Shown piece by piece: positions 8,928 to 15,559 of a DNA stretch of 64,000 bases. The notes under the pieces are model-generated. The model did no database searches and was not told the DNA's origin. It was given only the letters and a program-made list of their open reading frames with translations. This stretch comes from a virus (taxonomy: Duplodnaviria; Heunggongvirae; Uroviricota; Caudoviricetes). The stretch lies in the IMG/VR virus record IMGVR_UViG_3300033121_000168, positions 1 to 64,000 of that record; one strand, 5' to 3'. The translations under genes and the position numbers were made by a program. Position 1 is the first letter of the stretch. Each line of letters opens with the position of its first letter.

Positions 8928-9140
8928 GGCTGAAGCCATTATGTATATTGACTAATAAGGAGAATAATATATTCAATATTAAATATCTTCAATATAGAAA
9001 GAGATTCAAGGCGTATAGAAAGTTAATTAACCTATACTCCCTGCTGTTAGTCCATTGTCTGGTAATGGGTTTGATGCTCATGGGGTGGATATGGATCGCA
9101 GGGTGTGTGTTTAACGCTTCGCGTTAGGTGCAAAATGTTC

Positions 9141-9156
9141 GTGGTGTTGACACCAC
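9141..9156. promoter_or_regulatory. operator-like palindrome GTGGTGT-TG-ACACCAC (copy 1 of a 23-bp repeat)
   Basis: Perfect 7-bp inverted repeat with 2-nt spacer, embedded in TTCGTGGTGTTGACACCACAA which recurs at 9989. Confidence 0.5.
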
Positions 9157-9325
9157 AATGAAGCCTCCAGGTTAACAGCCTGGGGGCTTTTGTCTTTATG
9201 GATTGTTCTATTGTTATGGTTAAATTTGAAGGGTTTAATGCTTTGTGTTATGGGTTTGTGGGCAATGTTGATTGTTAATTGTTAGCTCAATCGCTGGAGG
9301 TGCTATGGTACTATAGTAAAATGTG

Positions 9326-9341
9326 TTAAATGCACATTTAA
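9326..9341. promoter_or_regulatory. palindrome TTAAATG-CA-CATTTAA
   Basis: Perfect 7-bp inverted repeat with 2-nt spacer in a 1.4-kb non-coding region. Confidence 0.4.
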
Positions 9342-9624
9342 CGCTTAACGTTATCCGTTATGGCTGCTATAAAATGTTTGCTTCGCAAATAAATAAACGA
9401 ACCAGAGGCATTAGACTGTAAGCTGGTGTGTTTGCAAGGTTTATAATTCGTGTGATATTTTAAAATTGTTGGAGTATATAGAAGGGGGTGGGGATTGTCC
9501 TATCAAGCAACTAAGCCATACTGCTATTAAAATCACTAAACCCTTATAAATCAACAACTTATCTAACTTAATTAAAACTGAAACCATTATAAAACTTTAA
9601 TTAAAATAGAACACAAAATCTTAC

Positions 9625-9650
9625 GGTGAAAGTCACCTTTATTCTTTTAA
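9625..9650 (+). terminator. rho-independent terminator
   Basis: GGTGAAAGTCACC hairpin followed by TTTATTCTTTT. Confidence 0.55.
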
Positions 9651-9988
9651 TATGACTAAAAATTTTTTTTATAAAAGGTAAATTTGTTAAAATTTAGAGA
9701 TCTCTTAAAACGGTCTATAATCGATTTAAAGGTCTTACCCTAGCACTGGTATTACTTTAGACTGAAAACCTCTTAGGAGTCGTTTAAAGAGGAAATAGAA
9801 CTATGTTAAGAACAGATTTCTTATGTTTAGTTATCAATAGATGATACAATTAAGTTTTGGATAGATAAACAATATGTTGTGCTGGCACAACGAGCTTATG
9901 AAGTATAGGGTGAAACCCTAACAGGAACACAAAAATAATGAATCAGATCATAAAGAAGTCTTCATAACTTGTTTCAAAACTAAGATTC

Positions 9989-10004
9989 GTGGTGTTGACA
10001 CCAC
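9989..10004. promoter_or_regulatory. operator-like palindrome GTGGTGT-TG-ACACCAC (copy 2)
   Basis: Identical 23-bp context to copy 1; overlaps a TTGACA hexamer. Confidence 0.5.
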
Positions 10005-10354
10005 AAGGAAGTTTTGACGACAATTCCTTGACTTTACACAAAAAATATGCTAAAATTAAAAATGTATGTTGATTCATTAACATTCATGTGCAGTTTGCAC
10101 ATAAAATTAATGTTTTAAAATATTTATATTTAATAAATAATTTATTTTCTTATTTATAAGATTTATTGTTTATAAGGAATTATTAGTTTTGATTTGATTT
10201 ATTTAAATTCTTTATAACTGTAATGTTTATTCCTTCGGAATTAAGTAATAAATATTTCTAGATATGTATATTTTGATAAGCTATTCAGCCTAAGGTCTTG
10301 ACTTCATCAAATTAATTTGATAAGATTAAGTTGTGTTTAATTTATGGAGGTGCT

Positions 10355-10615
10355 ATGGAGTACATGGAATTGAATGATAATAAGGTAAAGATTTCAGCTA
10401 TGGGAATTGCGGACTTTTTAGTTGGAGTTACTGAGAAGGTGAAAGAGGGGTATGAGTTGAATTATTTGAATAATGACATGTATCCTGTTGCTTATGGTGG
10501 ATATTTTGAAGTAGTTGTTCAAAAGGTTCAGGCTCAAAAGGTTCAGGCTGAAGAGGTTAAGGAAGATAAGGTTGAGGTTGAGGGTAAGAGGGGACGTAAG
10601 GCTAAGGTTGATTAA
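10355..10615 (+). CDS. hypothetical protein with Lys/Glu/Val-rich repetitive C-terminus
   Basis: ATG at 10355 with GGAGG RBS 4 nt upstream (the listed 10331 start is probably too early); imperfect 15-nt tandem DNA repeats (AAGGTTCAGGCTCAA-like) encode KVQAQKVQAEEVKEDKVEVEG. Confidence 0.45.
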   Translation: MEYMELNDNKVKISAMGIADFLVGVTEKVKEGYELNYLNNDMYPVAYGGYFEVVVQKVQAQKVQAEEVKEDKVEVEGKRGRKAKVD

Positions 10616-10678
10616 CTAGATTAGATATACTATAGGTTACAGTGAGTGGTGATACGACGATAAAGGAGGTTACTTAAT

Positions 10679-11437
10679 ATGCGACAATCTAAACAGGTAC
10701 AGCGTACCAAGGGTTCTTCACGCGATAGTTCGAAGATTAAACCTAAGTTTCAATCGCAACGGGAAGAGGCTGTGAAGGCAAATCCTTTAAGACCAATGAA
10801 CGACAAACAGGCTGAGTATATTAAGTTAATTGAGAACTTTCCTGTTATTGTTGCTACTGGGTTCGCAGGAACATCTAAGACGTACATTCCTACTGTTATG
10901 GCTGCGGACTCTTTTAAAGTGGGTCGGGTAAATAAAATCATAATCACACGTCCAGCAATCAGTTCTAGTCAATCTGTTGGGTTTACTGTCGGCAGTTTTC
11001 AGCAAAAAATGACTATGTGGCTTGGTTCTGTCATACCTATCCTGAAAGAACGACTTGGTTCTGCAATGCTGGAGATTGCTTTGGAGCAAGGCGACATTGA
11101 GTTTGTTCCTTTAGAAGTTCTGAAGGGTATGAGTATAAATAACGCCTTCATGATTATTGAGGAATCTTCAGATCTGACAAAGGAAGAGGTTATTAAGATT
11201 GTTACTCGTATGGGTAAAAATTCTACATTAATTCTTGCTGGGGATGTTCGACAGTCTGAATTGAAAGGTGATTCTGGCCTTGTTTGGTTGACTGGTTTTA
11301 TTGAGCGTCATAAGATGCAAGACATTTTTGGTTGGATTGATTTTGATAGTACAGATGATATTGTGCGATCCGATGCTGTAAAACGCTTTATCATAAATCT
11401 TGTCAGGGACGAGAAGAAAGCATTCAATAAATCTTGA
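10679..11437 (+). CDS. phoH: PhoH-like ATPase
   Basis: Walker A GFAGTSKTY, PhoH-like downstream motifs (LILAGDVRQSE), GGAGG RBS. Confidence 0.8.
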   Translation: MRQSKQVQRTKGSSRDSSKIKPKFQSQREEAVKANPLRPMNDKQAEYIKLIENFPVIVATGFAGTSKTYIPTVMAADSFKVGRVNKIIITRPAISSSQSVGFTVGSFQQKMTMWLGSVIPILKERLGSAMLEIALEQGDIEFVPLEVLKGMSINNAFMIIEESSDLTKEEVIKIVTRMGKNSTLILAGDVRQSELKGDSGLVWLTGFIERHKMQDIFGWIDFDSTDDIVRSDAVKRFIINLVRDEKKAFNKS

Positions 11438-11490
11438 ATTCTTGTTCATTGGTGTTATAATTAAATACCCAATAACACAAAGGAGTAAAC

Positions 11491-12114
11491 ATGAAACAAA
11501 CTATAGGTTCTTCCTTAAAACTTAATGAATTTGATGAAGATGACTTAGGTTCAAGTAAAGGTGAACTTCCTTTCTGTGTTAATTCTACAGTGTCAAATGA
11601 GATTATCATCCCCATTGATGAAGTTGTGCAGGAGGCGTCTTATTACAGAAACGTGGCACACGCAGTTTCTAGTGCAACCGGGGATGATGTAGTCAGGTAC
11701 AGAATTAACTCGCCTGGAGGCCGTTTAGATGGCTTGATAGCCCTTTTGCATGCAACTGTAGGTACTCAGGCAACTGTAGTAGCTGAGATTGTTGGAGAGT
11801 GTCATAGTGCAGCTAGTATTTTAGCTTTACATTGTGATGAGATTTTTGTAGGGCCTTATGCCAGTATGTTGTGTCATTCTGTTAGATATGGATATGCTGG
11901 CAAATGTGCAGATGTAGAGGCTTATGTTAAACACACAACTAAAACTACAGAAAAGCTTATGCGAGAAACTTATACAGGATTCCTTTCAGAAGAAGAAATT
12001 GATGACTTACTTAAGGGTAGGGAACTATATTTAGATTCTGCTGAAATTATTGAGAGGTTAAAACTTAGGGAAGAACTTTTCAATCAATTAGAGGAAGATA
12101 ATTCATTAGATTGA
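11491..12114 (+). CDS. ClpP-family (S14) serine peptidase-like protein
   Basis: INSPGG motif, Ser candidate in GECHSAAS, His in MLCHSV, matching the ClpP layout. Confidence 0.6.
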   Translation: MKQTIGSSLKLNEFDEDDLGSSKGELPFCVNSTVSNEIIIPIDEVVQEASYYRNVAHAVSSATGDDVVRYRINSPGGRLDGLIALLHATVGTQATVVAEIVGECHSAASILALHCDEIFVGPYASMLCHSVRYGYAGKCADVEAYVKHTTKTTEKLMRETYTGFLSEEEIDDLLKGRELYLDSAEIIERLKLREELFNQLEEDNSLD

Positions 12115-12115
12115 G

Positions 12116-12604
12116 GTGAATATGAAAGAAATTTTGGAAATACTTGACTATGATAAAAATAGTGGTAAAATTAAAAATAAAGTAACAAAGAAATTTCTTT
12201 CTGTTCAAGAAGATGGTTATGCTGTAGTTGTATTTGGGAATGGTAAGTCTAAAAAAATTAAGTTTAATAAGTTATGTTTGATTCTTGGTTATGGGGTTGA
12301 TTTAATTCCTGACTTCAAGATTATTCATAGGAATTTAAACACAAAGGATTTTAGACTTTCCAATCTAATGCAGATTTCGAAAGAAGACTACAAGAATCTT
12401 AAGGAAGCACTTAAAAATATCCAGGGAGGAATTACTGTGCTTCCGCATCCTACTGATGTATTTACTTACAAAGTAAGTTGGTATTCTGGAAACATAAAGA
12501 AAACTAGAGTTATACAGGACTTAGTTGTTGCTAAGAGGTTAGAGATTAGATTGAAGCTTAAATATAGTAAAATAATAAGTAAATTCTGTTTATTTGAAGA
12601 ATAA
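12116..12604 (+). CDS. hypothetical protein
   Basis: 162 aa, GAGGTGA RBS. Confidence 0.5.
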   Translation: MNMKEILEILDYDKNSGKIKNKVTKKFLSVQEDGYAVVVFGNGKSKKIKFNKLCLILGYGVDLIPDFKIIHRNLNTKDFRLSNLMQISKEDYKNLKEALKNIQGGITVLPHPTDVFTYKVSWYSGNIKKTRVIQDLVVAKRLEIRLKLKYSKIISKFCLFEE

Positions 12605-12852
12605 ACTAAATAATACTTGTTTATACAGATATTAAATGATATAATTCACTAATTAAAGATTAATTTTGTTGTAAACATTCTTTTCTGGAAGCAAATAAAA
12701 GCTATTTTAATTTCCTTTCGTAGTTATCTGTTGCTTTGATAGAGTGAGATTAGGTTACAACAATGTAATCGGACATCGTTTGTGTTTTAACTCCTTTTAG
12801 CACTTGCAGTTGTCGCTGGAGCCGTAACCAGCATTATGATTAAGGACAACAT

Positions 12853-13056
12853 ATGATTTGTATTTCTTGTGGTGCATATTTTAAGCAGAATAGATTTAAT
12901 GAAACTTTGACATGTGAAATGTGTCTAGATGGTTTGAATGAACCAGTTTTGTATGAATCCGTGTATGAAGCTGATGTTCAAACAATTACAAATCCTTCTG
13001 GGAAGACAAAGCCTGTTTTCTTAGATGAAGTGCAAGAACCTCTTGACAGGGTTTAA
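12853..13056 (+). CDS. zinc-ribbon small protein
   Basis: CISCG ... CEMC double CxxC. Confidence 0.45.
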   Translation: MICISCGAYFKQNRFNETLTCEMCLDGLNEPVLYESVYEADVQTITNPSGKTKPVFLDEVQEPLDRV

Positions 13057-13070
13057 TTTTCTGCTACAAT
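13043..13070 (+). promoter_or_regulatory. near-consensus sigma70 promoter (TTGACA-16 nt-TGcTACAAT) for the small ORF and tRNA operon
   Basis: TTGACA at 13043-13048, 16-nt spacer, extended -10 TGCTACAAT at 13062-13070. Confidence 0.7.
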
Positions 13071-13100
13071 AGCTTCATTGATTCACAAAAAGGAGATTTT

Positions 13101-13235
13101 ATGTACTTTAAGGATATTGAAACAAGTCGTGCTGGGAAGTTGACTCATGATAAGAATCAGAAGTCAAACGCACGTAAACGTTTAGATGATGTTGCTGCAA
13201 AGCTTAAGTTGAAGCATCAACGTCAGAACAGTTAA
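13101..13235 (+). CDS. small basic protein (44 aa)
   Basis: AAGGAG RBS, MYFKDIETSRAGKLTHDKNQKSNARKRLDDVAAKLKLKHQRQNS; directly upstream of the tRNA block. Confidence 0.4.
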   Translation: MYFKDIETSRAGKLTHDKNQKSNARKRLDDVAAKLKLKHQRQNS

Positions 13236-13242
13236 GAATTTA

Positions 13243-13317
13243 GGGTAATTCGTATAGAGGTTATTACGGTGGATTGTCGATCCATTTACAGGAGTTCAAT
13301 TCTCCTATTGCCCGCCA
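13243..13317 (+). tRNA. tRNA-Asp(GTC)
   Basis: Acceptor GGGTAAT/ATTGCCC (one G-U), anticodon loop TTGTCGA, T-arm GGAGTTCAATTCTCC, CCA. Confidence 0.6.
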
Positions 13318-13322
13318 AACTT

Positions 13323-13398
13323 GCCTGAATAGCTCAGATGGTAGAGCGATTCCCTGAAGAGGAATGCGTCGGAGGTTCGAATCCTTCTTCTGGCACCA
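13323..13398 (+). tRNA. tRNA-Phe(GAA)
   Basis: D-arm AGCTCAGATGGTAGAGCG, anticodon arm ATTCC-CTGAAGA-GGAAT, T-arm GGAGGTTCGAATCCTTC; one acceptor mismatch. Confidence 0.75.
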
Positions 13399-13483
13399 AA
13401 GAAAATGCATGTTGTTTGGCTACAACAAACACTAATCAAGAATGATGACGATACTTGACATTGAAGTGGAAAGCTTCTATAAT

Positions 13484-13555
13484 AGAGACTTAGCACAGAG
13501 GTAGTGCGGCTCCTTTACACGGAGTAGGTCATAGGTTCGATCCCTATAGTCTCTA
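13484..13555 (+). tRNA. tRNA-Val(TAC)
   Basis: Acceptor AGAGACT/AGTCTCT, anticodon loop TTTACAC, T-arm ATAGGTTCGATCCCTAT; CCA not encoded. Confidence 0.7.
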
Positions 13556-13559
13556 CAAT

Positions 13560-13635
13560 GTCGATATAGTTTAGTTGGTTAGAACAGGAGACTTTCAATC
13601 TCCAAAGTCGGGTTCGATCCCCGATATCGACTCCA
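13560..13635 (+). tRNA. tRNA-Glu(TTC)
   Basis: Acceptor GTCGATA/TATCGAC, anticodon arm GGAGA-CTTTCAA-TCTCC, T-arm TCGGGTTCGATCCCCGA, CCA. Confidence 0.8.
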
Positions 13636-13647
13636 GAATTTTTAGGT

Positions 13648-13720
13648 GTGACTATAACTCAACTGGTTAGAGTTTCAGGTTGTGACCCTGAATGTGAGAG
13701 TTCAAGTCTCTCTAGTCACC
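13648..13720 (+). tRNA. tRNA-His(GTG)
   Basis: Acceptor GTGACTA/TAGTCAC, anticodon arm TCAGG-TTGTGAC-CCTGA, T-arm GAGAGTTCAAGTCTCTC. Confidence 0.75.
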
Positions 13721-13733
13721 CCTAAGAGTTTAA

Positions 13734-13809
13734 TGCGGGATAACTCAGTTGGTAGAGTGCGAGGCTCATAACCTTGATGTCGTCGGTTCGAATCCGGCTC
13801 CCGCAACCA
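13734..13809 (+). tRNA. tRNA-Met(CAT), elongator-type (or Ile2 via lysidine)
   Basis: Acceptor TGCGGGA/TCCCGCA fully paired, anticodon loop CTCATAA, T-arm GTCGGTTCGAATCCGGC, CCA. Confidence 0.75.
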
Positions 13810-13816
13810 GAATTGA

Positions 13817-13892
13817 TGCCGGTTAGCTCAGTTGTTAGAGCACTCGCTTGATAAGCGATAGGTCGTTGGTTAGAGTCCAACACTGGCAACCA
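13817..13892 (+). tRNA. tRNA-Ile(GAT)
   Basis: Acceptor TGCCGGT/ACTGGCA, D-arm GCTCAGTTGTTAGAGC, anticodon loop TTGATAA, CCA. Confidence 0.7.
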
Positions 13893-13922
13893 TTTGATGG
13901 GTCTTTATTTAAAAGATCTTGT

Positions 13923-14000
13923 TGGCGAGTAGAATAGTTTGGCCTAATTCAAGCGGCTTTGACCCGCTGATCGTTGGTTCGAATCCAACCTCGTCTGCCA
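13923..14000 (+). tRNA. tRNA-Gln(TTG), acceptor first pair U1-U72 mismatch
   Basis: Anticodon arm AGCGG-CTTTGAC-CCGCT, T-arm GTTGGTTCGAATCCAAC, acceptor TGGCGAG/CTCGTCT (6/7 pairs), CCA. Confidence 0.55.
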
Positions 14001-14007
14001 AATTTGT

Positions 14008-14093
14008 TCCGTTGTAGGAGAATTGGTAAATCCAGCACACTGTTAATGTGCCACTTAATTGTACTGTAGGTTCGAAGCCTACCAACGGAGCCA
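14008..14093 (+). tRNA. tRNA with anticodon GTT (Asn) but type-II length (86 nt, 14-nt variable region)
   Basis: Acceptor TCCGTTG/CAACGGA perfect, anticodon arm GCACA-CTGTTAA-TGTGC, extra CACTTAATTGTACT before T-arm GTAGGTTCGAAGCCTAC, CCA. Confidence 0.55.
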
Positions 14094-14095
14094 AA

Positions 14096-14317
14096 ATTTC
14101 AATACAGCTAGACCGGCCAGTCGAAAAGAATCAATTTTCAAATACAATTCCTCTTGAAGTTGAACATATTGATGGTAATAGTCAAAATAATGTAGAATCA
14201 AATTTAACCTTACTTTGTCCAAATTGTCACTCATTGACTAAAACTTATAAATCTTTGAATAAAGGTAATGGGGGATATAGTAGAATGAAAAGGTATAGAG
14301 AAGGTAAAAGTTATTAA
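14096..14317 (+). pseudogene. HNH homing-endonuclease remnant (C-terminal HNH motif only, no canonical start)
   Basis: In-frame translation ...EVEHIDGNSQNNVESNLTLLCPNCHSLTKTYKS... carries the HNH core; the frame opens inside the upstream tRNA with no ATG/GTG/TTG, only a possible ATT at 14096 after a GGAG. Confidence 0.5.
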
Positions 14318-14401
14318 GCTGGGTTAGCATAGTGGGAGTGCAACGGTTTTGTAATCCGTCGAAGAAATTCAAAGGGTGTTCGATTCACCCACTCAGCACC
14401 A
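14318..14401 (+). tRNA. tRNA with anticodon TGT (Thr) but 84 nt long (14-nt variable hairpin, U31-U39 mismatch)
   Basis: Acceptor GCTGGGT/ACTCAGC, anticodon arm ACGGT-TTTGTAA-TCCGT, variable CGAAGAAATTCAAA (GAA/TTC hairpin), T-arm GGGTGTTCGATTCACCC, CCA. Confidence 0.5.
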
Positions 14402-14410
14402 ATTTATAAT

Positions 14411-14487
14411 GCGTGTATGGTGTTTAACGGCTAACATCTCTGGCTTCCACCCAGAAGTTCTCGGTTCGAATCCGAGTACCCGCACCA
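14411..14487 (+). tRNA. tRNA-Gly(TCC)
   Basis: Anticodon arm TCTGG-CTTCCAC-CCAGA, T-arm CTCGGTTCGAATCCGAG, acceptor GCGTGTA/TACCCGC (one mismatch), CCA. Confidence 0.7.
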
Positions 14488-14491
14488 GAAT

Positions 14492-14588
14492 TACAGTATG
14501 GCCGAGTGACTAGGCAGCGAATTGCTCCTACATAAGTAGGAAAAGTCAAACTCGCTTCAGGCTGGTTAAAATCCAGTTACTGTATCCA
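14492..14588 (+). tRNA. tRNA-like gene (Ser-type TGGCCGAG D-arm) with a 31-nt insertion in the anticodon arm; possibly interrupted or pseudo
   Basis: Acceptor TACAGTA/TACTGTA perfect, D-arm GCCGAGTGACTAGGC, T-arm GCTGGTTAAAATCCAGT, CCA. The only 5-bp anticodon-stem pairing (AGCGA/TCGCT) encloses 31 nt (ATTGCTCCTACATAAGTAGGAAAAGTCAAAC) with an internal hairpin, not a 7-nt loop. Confidence 0.4.
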
Positions 14589-14593
14589 AATTA

Positions 14594-14679
14594 GGAGTAA
14601 TGGCGAAATGGTAGCCGCAAGAGTTTGCTAAACTCTCGTTAGAAATGGCGTGTAGGTTCAAGTCCTACTTACTCCGCCA
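14594..14679 (+). tRNA. tRNA-Ser(GCT), type II
   Basis: Acceptor GGAGTAA/TTACTCC perfect, anticodon arm AGAGT-TTGCTAA-ACTCT, long variable arm, T-arm GTAGGTTCAAGTCCTAC, CCA. Confidence 0.75.
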
Positions 14680-14688
14680 ATATGAATT

Positions 14689-14777
14689 AGAGTGTAGCTA
14701 CAAAGGGTACAAACAGGACTTGAAATCCTGGCTACTGTAGAGATACGGTAAGGGTTCGATTCCTTTACACTCTGCCA
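14689..14777 (+). tRNA. tRNA-Ser(TGA), type II
   Basis: Acceptor AGAGTGT/ACACTCT perfect, anticodon arm CAGGA-CTTGAAA-TCCTG, long variable arm, T-arm AAGGGTTCGATTCCTTT, CCA. Confidence 0.75.
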
Positions 14778-14784
14778 TAAATTA

Positions 14785-14870
14785 GGATGAGTAGACTCGT
14801 AAGGAGCGAGGACAGCCTGTAAAGCTGTTGTCTATCGGCCAGCTTGGATCGTTACCAAGGTCATCCACCA
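14785..14870 (+). tRNA. tRNA-Tyr(GTA), type II
   Basis: Anticodon arm ACAGC-CTGTAAA-GCTGT, long variable arm, T-arm CTTGGATCGTTACCAAG, acceptor GGATGAG/GTCATCC, CCA. Confidence 0.65.
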
Positions 14871-14876
14871 ATAAAT

Positions 14877-14953
14877 GGGGTCGCATGTACCAAGGGCGGC
14901 GAAGGAGGTTTGCACCTTTCTTGTGGTGAGTTCGATTCTCACTGGCTCCACCA
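14877..14953 (+). tRNA. tRNA-Ala(TGC) with G3-U70 identity pair
   Basis: Acceptor GGGGTCG/TGGCTCC including the G3-U70 wobble, anticodon loop TTTGCAC, T-arm GTGAGTTCGATTCTCAC, CCA. Confidence 0.7.
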
Positions 14954-14955
14954 AT

Positions 14956-15031
14956 CTTCATATAGCGCAGTTGGTAGCGCGTTTGCTTTGGGAGCATAAG
15001 GTCGAAGGTTCGAATCCTTCTATGAAGACCA
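14956..15031 (+). tRNA. tRNA-Pro(TGG)
   Basis: Acceptor CTTCATA/TATGAAG perfect, D-arm GCGCAGTTGGTAGCGC, anticodon loop TTTGGGA (G37), T-arm GAAGGTTCGAATCCTTC, CCA. Confidence 0.75.
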
Positions 15032-15038
15032 AATTAAA

Positions 15039-15122
15039 GCCTCGGTGGTGGAATGGTATACACACTGCGCTAAGAACGCAGCGCCGAAGGGATTGAGGGT
15101 TCGACTCCCTCCTGAGGCACCA
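15039..15122 (+). tRNA. tRNA-Leu, type II, anticodon read as AAG (unusual A34)
   Basis: Acceptor GCCTCGG/CTGAGGC, anticodon arm CTGCG-CTAAGAA-CGCAG, variable arm GCCGAAGGGATTG, T-arm GAGGGTTCGACTCCCTC, CCA; paralog of the tRNA at 176. Confidence 0.65.
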
Positions 15123-15138
15123 ATAAGATTTAATTTTT

Positions 15139-15170
15139 ACCCTGTGTATATTACACGGGGTTTTTGCGTT
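15139..15170 (+). terminator. rho-independent terminator closing the tRNA operon
   Basis: 10-bp stem ACCCTGTGTA/TACACGGGGT with 3-nt loop followed by TTTTTGCGTTT. Confidence 0.8.
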
Positions 15171-15181
15171 TGGAGAATATA

Positions 15182-15544
15182 ATGCCTTTTGTTCCTGGTA
15201 AATCTGGTAATCCGAATGGAAGACCAACTAAAGATCGAATTTTGGAAAAAGCAGCAGGCGATTCTAAATCAAATAGAAAGCTTAGGGAAAAAGCTTTACT
15301 TGAGTTAGCTCGTAAGGTTAAACCACATACTGGAAAAGCAATTGTTACTGCCATGAACATCATGGAAAATGATAAATCTTCTGAAGCAGGAAGACTTAAA
15401 GCAGCAGCCTTACTTATTCAGACGTATAAGTCTTTAATCAATGAATTATATGATTATAGATATGATGAAGAGATTGCTGAAGAAATGCAAGAGACTGACA
15501 AAGCTCCTGTATTCTCTTTAAAGATGGTTAATAAGGATGAATAA
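15182..15544 (+). CDS. putative terminase small subunit (GNPNGRP-motif family)
   Basis: ATG at 15182 with GGAG RBS; N-terminal MPFVPGKSGNPNGRPTKD matches the G-x-SGNP-x-GRP motif of one terminase small-subunit family; sits directly upstream of the large subunit. Confidence 0.5.
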   Translation: MPFVPGKSGNPNGRPTKDRILEKAAGDSKSNRKLREKALLELARKVKPHTGKAIVTAMNIMENDKSSEAGRLKAAALLIQTYKSLINELYDYRYDEEIAEEMQETDKAPVFSLKMVNKDE

Positions 15545-15559
15545 ACATAAGGAGGTTGA

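Noticed and set aside
8930-10330. CRISPR array or leader in the long non-coding region
   Set aside because: Only two copies of the 23-bp repeat, 850 bp apart, with no regular repeat-spacer periodicity; no cas genes in the window
14492-14588. Possibility that the oversized tRNA-like gene is a selenocysteine or suppressor tRNA
   Set aside because: No UCA (or other) anticodon could be placed in a 7-nt loop with U33. The 97-nt length comes from an insertion in the anticodon arm, not from an extended acceptor or D-stem as in tRNA-Sec
13305-15363. Several ORFs (13305-13496 -, 13909-14094 -, 14782-14997 -, 14875-15096 +, 14958-15227 -, 15151-15363 -) inside the tRNA cluster
   Set aside because: They overlap tRNA genes and the terminator and translate tRNA stems (FEP, GFEPS motifs typical of tRNA T-arms read as protein). 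Only the HNH fragment 14096-14317 has protein-like content
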